Source: Nitrososphaeria archaeon (GTDB lineage Archaea; Thermoproteota; Nitrososphaeria; JACIWG01). Taken from it: 15,183 nt of DNA. Position 1 is the first letter of the stretch; every line of letters starts with the position of its first letter. Below, one piece after another: positions 11,314 to 15,183 of the stretch. Made by a program: the position numbers and the translations under genes. The stretch lies in contig CAVVXT010000008.1 of the NCBI GenBank assembly GCA_963752255.1, forward strand, positions 1-15,183, read 5' to 3'. The notes under the pieces are model-generated. The model was given only the letters and a program-made list of their open reading frames with translations, made no database searches and was not told the origin of the DNA.

Positions 11314-11490
11314 ATGAGCTGCCTGGACTGCCAGTTCCACGAGCAAGTCTCCGAGAAGACGGCTTTCTCGGCTTCTCCCTTCATATTCCACTACTGCCGA
11401 TGCCCAAACCACCCTTACAATAATGGCAAGCCGCTGGATAACCCCTACGGCCACTGTAGCAGCCACAAACACAAGGTTGAGGAAAGATGA
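11314..11490 (+). CDS. 58-aa Cys/His-rich small protein (putative metal finger)
   Basis: MSCLDCQFHEQVSEKTAFSASPFIFHYCRCPNHPYNNGKPLDNPYGHCSSHKHKVEER; GAGG upstream; its TGA overlaps the next ATG (ATGA, 11487-11490). Confidence 0.55.
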   Translation: MSCLDCQFHEQVSEKTAFSASPFIFHYCRCPNHPYNNGKPLDNPYGHCSSHKHKVEER

Positions 11491-11812
11491 CTGATTATAC
11501 TCGGCCCATTGCCATGAGGACTCAGCGTATTAGCCACATCAGGCTTTCAGGGGATCTGAATAACAACATCATAGAGAGGCTTCACGGAACTAAGAGGACT
11601 AGGGAGAAGGTTATGAGGGGATTGAAGACTGACGAAACGCCGATAGTTCCGATGCAGGGTATCTACTACAACTATGTAAGACCTCAGAGCCTTAGAGGGG
11701 AAGACTCCAGCAGAAACAGCAGGCGTAGGAATTGAGGAGAAGAACAAGTGGCTTGGACTCATCAAGAAGAGCCTACCGACCCTAATTGGACAACCCGAAG
11801 TTAGACAGAACC
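11487..11812 (+). mobile_element. Remnant (3' end) of an IS6-like DDE transposase with a candidate right terminal inverted repeat
   Basis: NNNIIERLHG...REKVMRGLK...YYNYVRP, then a shift, then GKTPAETAGVGIEEKNKWLGLI. Ends in ...TTAGACAGAACC (reverse complement GGTTCTGTCTAA, like IS6 GGYWCTGT termini). No N-terminal part or left end seen. Confidence 0.8.
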
Positions 11813-12041
11813 TATATGAGAGGCTTCTTGTATTTTTTCCCAGTAAATTCTACAAATCATTCCCAATAAGAGGTAGCAATAGTTCAAGTAAAATGGAAAT
11901 TCGCTAATACTTTTTTGTTCTTCTTCTTTTGAAGAATGGAACTGGATTTATGCTTATCTCGTATTCTCCTTAGAAATAATGCGCCATAAAGTTTCGTGGG
12001 AAGTTTCATGGGATTTTTGAGGAATATTGATAATTTACAGA

Positions 12042-12290
12042 TTATTTACACTTGATAGGCCGAAAACCCATAGTAAAGTGTAAAAGATTATTTATCCAGA
12101 GTCTTTCGTGAAGGATGTATGCAACACTTGTATAGATATTGCTCTCTATCGTAAACCCAATTGCAATAGTTGTTTGTCCAGTCAGCAAATAGAGTACAGT
12201 AAAATCCAATGTTACTATTACGATTCTGTAAGTAACTGCTTTAACTAATGAGCGAGACCAAAGCTCTTTAGAATGTTTCTCGTTATTCAC
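12042..12290 (-). CDS. DUF2061-family small membrane protein
   Basis: RSLVKAVTYR...YLLTG...AYILHERLW pattern, two hydrophobic helices, GAGG upstream of GTG. Confidence 0.8.
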   Translation of the reverse strand: MNNEKHSKELWSRSLVKAVTYRIVIVTLDFTVLYLLTGQTTIAIGFTIESNIYTSVAYILHERLWINNLLHFTMGFRPIKCK

Positions 12291-12603
12291 AATATCTTCC
12301 TCAAAATTATTAATCGCTAGCTAGCTACAACATATTGAACTTTTTTTTATTAGAACATTCATTCATATTTGTGGACTATTAAACAATAATTTTTAGGTCA
12401 GATTTCCTGTAAACTTAACTTACGTCCTAGGTCGCTTCGCTAGCTAGCTCGGCGGCATTTAATTGATTAGGTAATCCTCTTACGTCCTTAGCTTTGTACC
12501 ATGCCTGATTGACGCAGCTGCTACATTCGAGGAGATACATTATTTCCTCGTTTTCTTCGCGCTTATGTCTCTACTACTATATACGTGCTCTGGCACAACC
12601 ATT

Positions 12604-12931
12604 TTACCCTCTTCCCGAGCTATTCCCCGGCTTCATTCCTGAGCCATTCCCGGGCCCATTCCCGGCTACCTTCCTGTCGCCTTTCACCTCATCGTCTGCC
12701 TTCATGGCCTCTGCCATCCTGTCCAGGATCTTTCCTTATGTCGGTGAATATGTTGTGGATGCTTTTCTCCTTGAGTCCCGACTGTTTGCTGAGCTCAGCG
12801 ATATCGGTGATTCTATGGTTGATGATCAGGTCTGCAACCTGATAGCTTTTGCCGCCTGAGGGGTGGAGGAGGTTGGGCACATCCGCCTAGCTGATTGGCT
12901 GCTCATCCGGTTGTGACTCGGCTTGACCCAA
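12604..12931 (-). pseudogene. Putative HTH protein with a Gly/Asn-rich repeat tail (one stop, one shift)
   Basis: LGQAESQPDEQPIS*ADVP...ITDIAELSKQSGLKEKSIHNIFTDIRK/ILDRMAEAMKADDEVKGDRKVAGNGPGNGSGMKPGNSSGRG*; IAELSKQSGLKEKSIHNI is HTH-like. Confidence 0.45.
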
Positions 12932-13034
12932 GAGAGAGTTTAGTCGGGCCTAAAGTAAGTTCCTATGATGACAATTAATATTAATATGAGATAAACAAAA
13001 TTTTTATTTAATTGAGGTGATGTTGGATTTCTGG

Positions 13035-13890
13035 CTACTTCTTCTGTTCGCTTTCCTGGGAGGCCATCTTACTCTTATCCGCCAGATCCTTAACGCCAAA
13101 GACTCCAACAGGCGGCATTCCTTCCGAACCAAAGGTCGCCCCGGCTACACGGACATTCGAAGGTATGAGCATGATCATGTTGCGGCCTTGAAGCCCAAGC
13201 TCGTATATTATGTTCATCCACCTCAATTCAAATGCCCGGTCATTGTTTTTATAGAGATCGGCTGCTTCAACCATCTTCTGCGCTGCTTCTGACTCTGCCA
13301 GCGCAAGTGTAACTCTTGCACGTCTTTCACGCTCAGCCTGCGCCTGCCTTGACATGGCGTCCTGAAGACTCGGCGGTATACCTACATCTCTAATCTCTAC
13401 AGCGGTCACTTTGATTCCCCAGGTCTCCGATTTGCTGTCGATTATACCTCTGGCAATTCCACCTATCTTTTCGCGTTCTGTCAAAAGCTCATCGAAGGTT
13501 GTTTGGCCGATCACCTCCCTAAGCGTCGTCTGGGCGGACAATTGAGTTGCCGAATTATAGTCTTCAACGCTCAGAACCACCTTTTCGAGGTTGACTGGCT
13601 GGAAATACATGACTGAGTCGACGACAACCGGGCACGTTATCTCTTGTAAGGGTCTGTTCAGTTTTGAATGACACGACCTGCAAGCGCGTTGACAGGACCA
13701 TGGGAATCTTGCTGATGAATGGGGGGACGTATATTACACCTGGCCCTCTGAGTCCCCTGTATCTGCCAAGCGTGAGGAGTGGGGCTCTCTCCCACTCCCT
13801 CAGAATCCTTATTCCGCTCAAGAAAATTCCCAGAACAATGATGATGATGAATGCCTCTATGATCAGACTTACATTCACTATTGATGACAT
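13035..13890 (-). CDS. SPFH/Band-7 (stomatin-like) membrane protein, one frameshift near 13630
   Basis: N-terminal TM helix, GIRILREWER..LGRY..GPG, LTRDNVP/VVVDSVMYF, AQTTLREVIG, WGIKVTAVEIRDV, AMSRQAQAERERRA; SD GGAGGT. Confidence 0.93.
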
Positions 13891-13944
13891 TTTCTCATAT
13901 ACCTCCCAGAATCGAACATTTTCTAATTTTCTTCTTTCTCTTTT

Positions 13945-14588
13945 TCACTTTTTCTCATTTTCTTGATTTTTCTCCACAACTAGAACGAGGCCTTCAATCC
14001 CTTTAACTGTTATTGCCTCCCCCGCTTTGAGGTTGCCTGATAAGCTTCTAGCCCTCCAGATTATGCCGTCGACTCTTACTTCGCCTTCAGGTGTGAGAGG
14101 TGAAGTACACTAGGCCTTTTTTCCCAATCAGTGATTCAGGTCCCACTATCGAACGCCTACGTCTTATGGGGCCTAGTACCCATCGTATGTATAGGCCCAC
14201 CACAACGCCTACTACGGCAAGAGCAAAGAGGCCCAGTTCGGAAAGGTTTGTTATTGGTGATGGGCTGACATAGTACATGCCTTGTGTGAGTAGGTAGATT
14301 CCGATGGCCCCAAGGATCATCCCACCCATAATCGCAAACCCGTGACCTAGTTTGAGCTCCAGAAATATCAATGACTCCAGCTATAATCAGCACAACGAAA
14401 CCCAACGATGAAGCGCCCACGACCTCCCCACCAATCAGCCCCATTATAAGCGCGATGGCTCCTACAACCGAAAGAAATATCGTTGGATGGAAAATGTCAA
14501 GAGCTATGGCCAATATTCCAAGCAAAATAAGGGCTCCATCAAGCAGAGTGTTCGTTGTAGAACATTTCGCTAAGCTTAAAACTAGCAA
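13945..14588 (-). CDS. nfeD: NfeD-family membrane protein (TM domain plus C-terminal OB fold), frameshifted; no N-terminal protease domain
   Basis: Multi-TM region joined across shifts (near 14370 and 14107) to IVGPESLIGKKG.V/TSPLTPEGEVRVDGIIWRARS...EGLVLVVE; directly upstream of the SPFH gene, the canonical pairing. Confidence 0.85.
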
Positions 14589-14623
14589 TGTACTATGAGA
14601 ACAAACAATCTTTGGTGAAACAA

Positions 14624-14815
14624 TTGCCAGTTGAAGTCGATTTAGACTCTTTCTTGAAACTAGCAGAAAATGCTGATAGTTGTCGCGTTAAGCGATTGGG
14701 AGATATCGTTAAGCTTAAGCTAGGGACTCCAAAAAGACTTTATACCCTTGAGGTTAAGAAGGAAAAAGCTGCAGAGATCATTAAGAAGCTTAAGTGTAAG
14801 ATTGTAGAGTTATAA
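14624..14815 (+). CDS. rpl38e: 50S ribosomal protein L38e
   Basis: MPVEVDLDSFLKLAENADSCRVKRLGDIVKLKLGTPKRLYTLEV...AAEIIKKL matches the L38e pattern (VK.K.R..+.LYTL); TTG 14624 is preceded by GGTGA and preferred over ATG 14588. Confidence 0.85.
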   Translation: MPVEVDLDSFLKLAENADSCRVKRLGDIVKLKLGTPKRLYTLEVKKEKAAEIIKKLKCKIVEL

Positions 14816-14992
14816 TTAAATGTAATTTATGTTAAATCTAGAATTTTTTATTACTTTAATAACCTCAAAGATTAAAATTTTATGTTAGGTGTAGACTTAC
14901 CTTTTTAGTTTAATAATTTCAAGAAATTTTAGGATTAAATTTTAACCTTTCATCGGTGGTAAGAATAGTGTCAGAAAAATTGAGAAGAGTTG

Positions 14993-15183
14993 ATGAAATT
15001 GAATGAAATCGTCTTTATCATAAAGGCATTTTCAATTCACCCTGTTTACGATCAACAGGGAATGGAATACATACGCATCGAATTTGGATACAAACCGCCT
15101 AAAATGCCCATGATGATTCCGTTAGGCATGCCAAAGGAAGTTTCCGATATCTTAGAAGCAAGTAAAGACATGGTTCAAATCAT
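14993..15183 (+). CDS. Partial ORF, possibly arcadin-1-like (runs off the window)
   Basis: MKLNEIVFIIKAFSIHPVYDQQGMEYIRIEFGYKPPKMPMMIPLGMPKEVSDILEASKDMVQI; the V.D..G..Y.+IE...P...E+..+...VQ pattern recalls arcadin-1. Confidence 0.5.
   Translation, partial: MKLNEIVFIIKAFSIHPVYDQQGMEYIRIEFGYKPPKMPMMIPLGMPKEVSDILEASKDMVQI

Overview
Archaeal DNA, most consistent with the TACK group and probably Bathyarchaeia (TFB, Cdc48/VAT, ribosomal L38e, HTH-PRTase, archaeal-type tyrosine integrases and an IS6-like transposase). The housekeeping genes are HTH-PRTase, tfb, cdc48, the nfeD-SPFH pair and rpl38e. Between them lie a frameshifted tyrosine integrase with a long AT-rich tail, a co-oriented DEDD 3'-5' exonuclease plus Cas4/Exo5-like Fe-S nuclease pair, and two small Cys-rich proteins below the ORF-track cutoff. 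There are also many short (60-300 bp) gene fragments: an integrase C-terminus, a PolB-like piece, CBS, ATP-cone-like, TFB N-terminus, RadA-like N-terminus and IS6 C-terminus. Many genes carry 1-2 nt indels, and cdc48 contains a junction between two diverged copies of its Walker A segment, so sequencing or assembly error (or chimerism) is a serious alternative explanation for the broken genes. I found no tRNA, rRNA or CRISPR array. All family assignments are by motif recognition, not database search.
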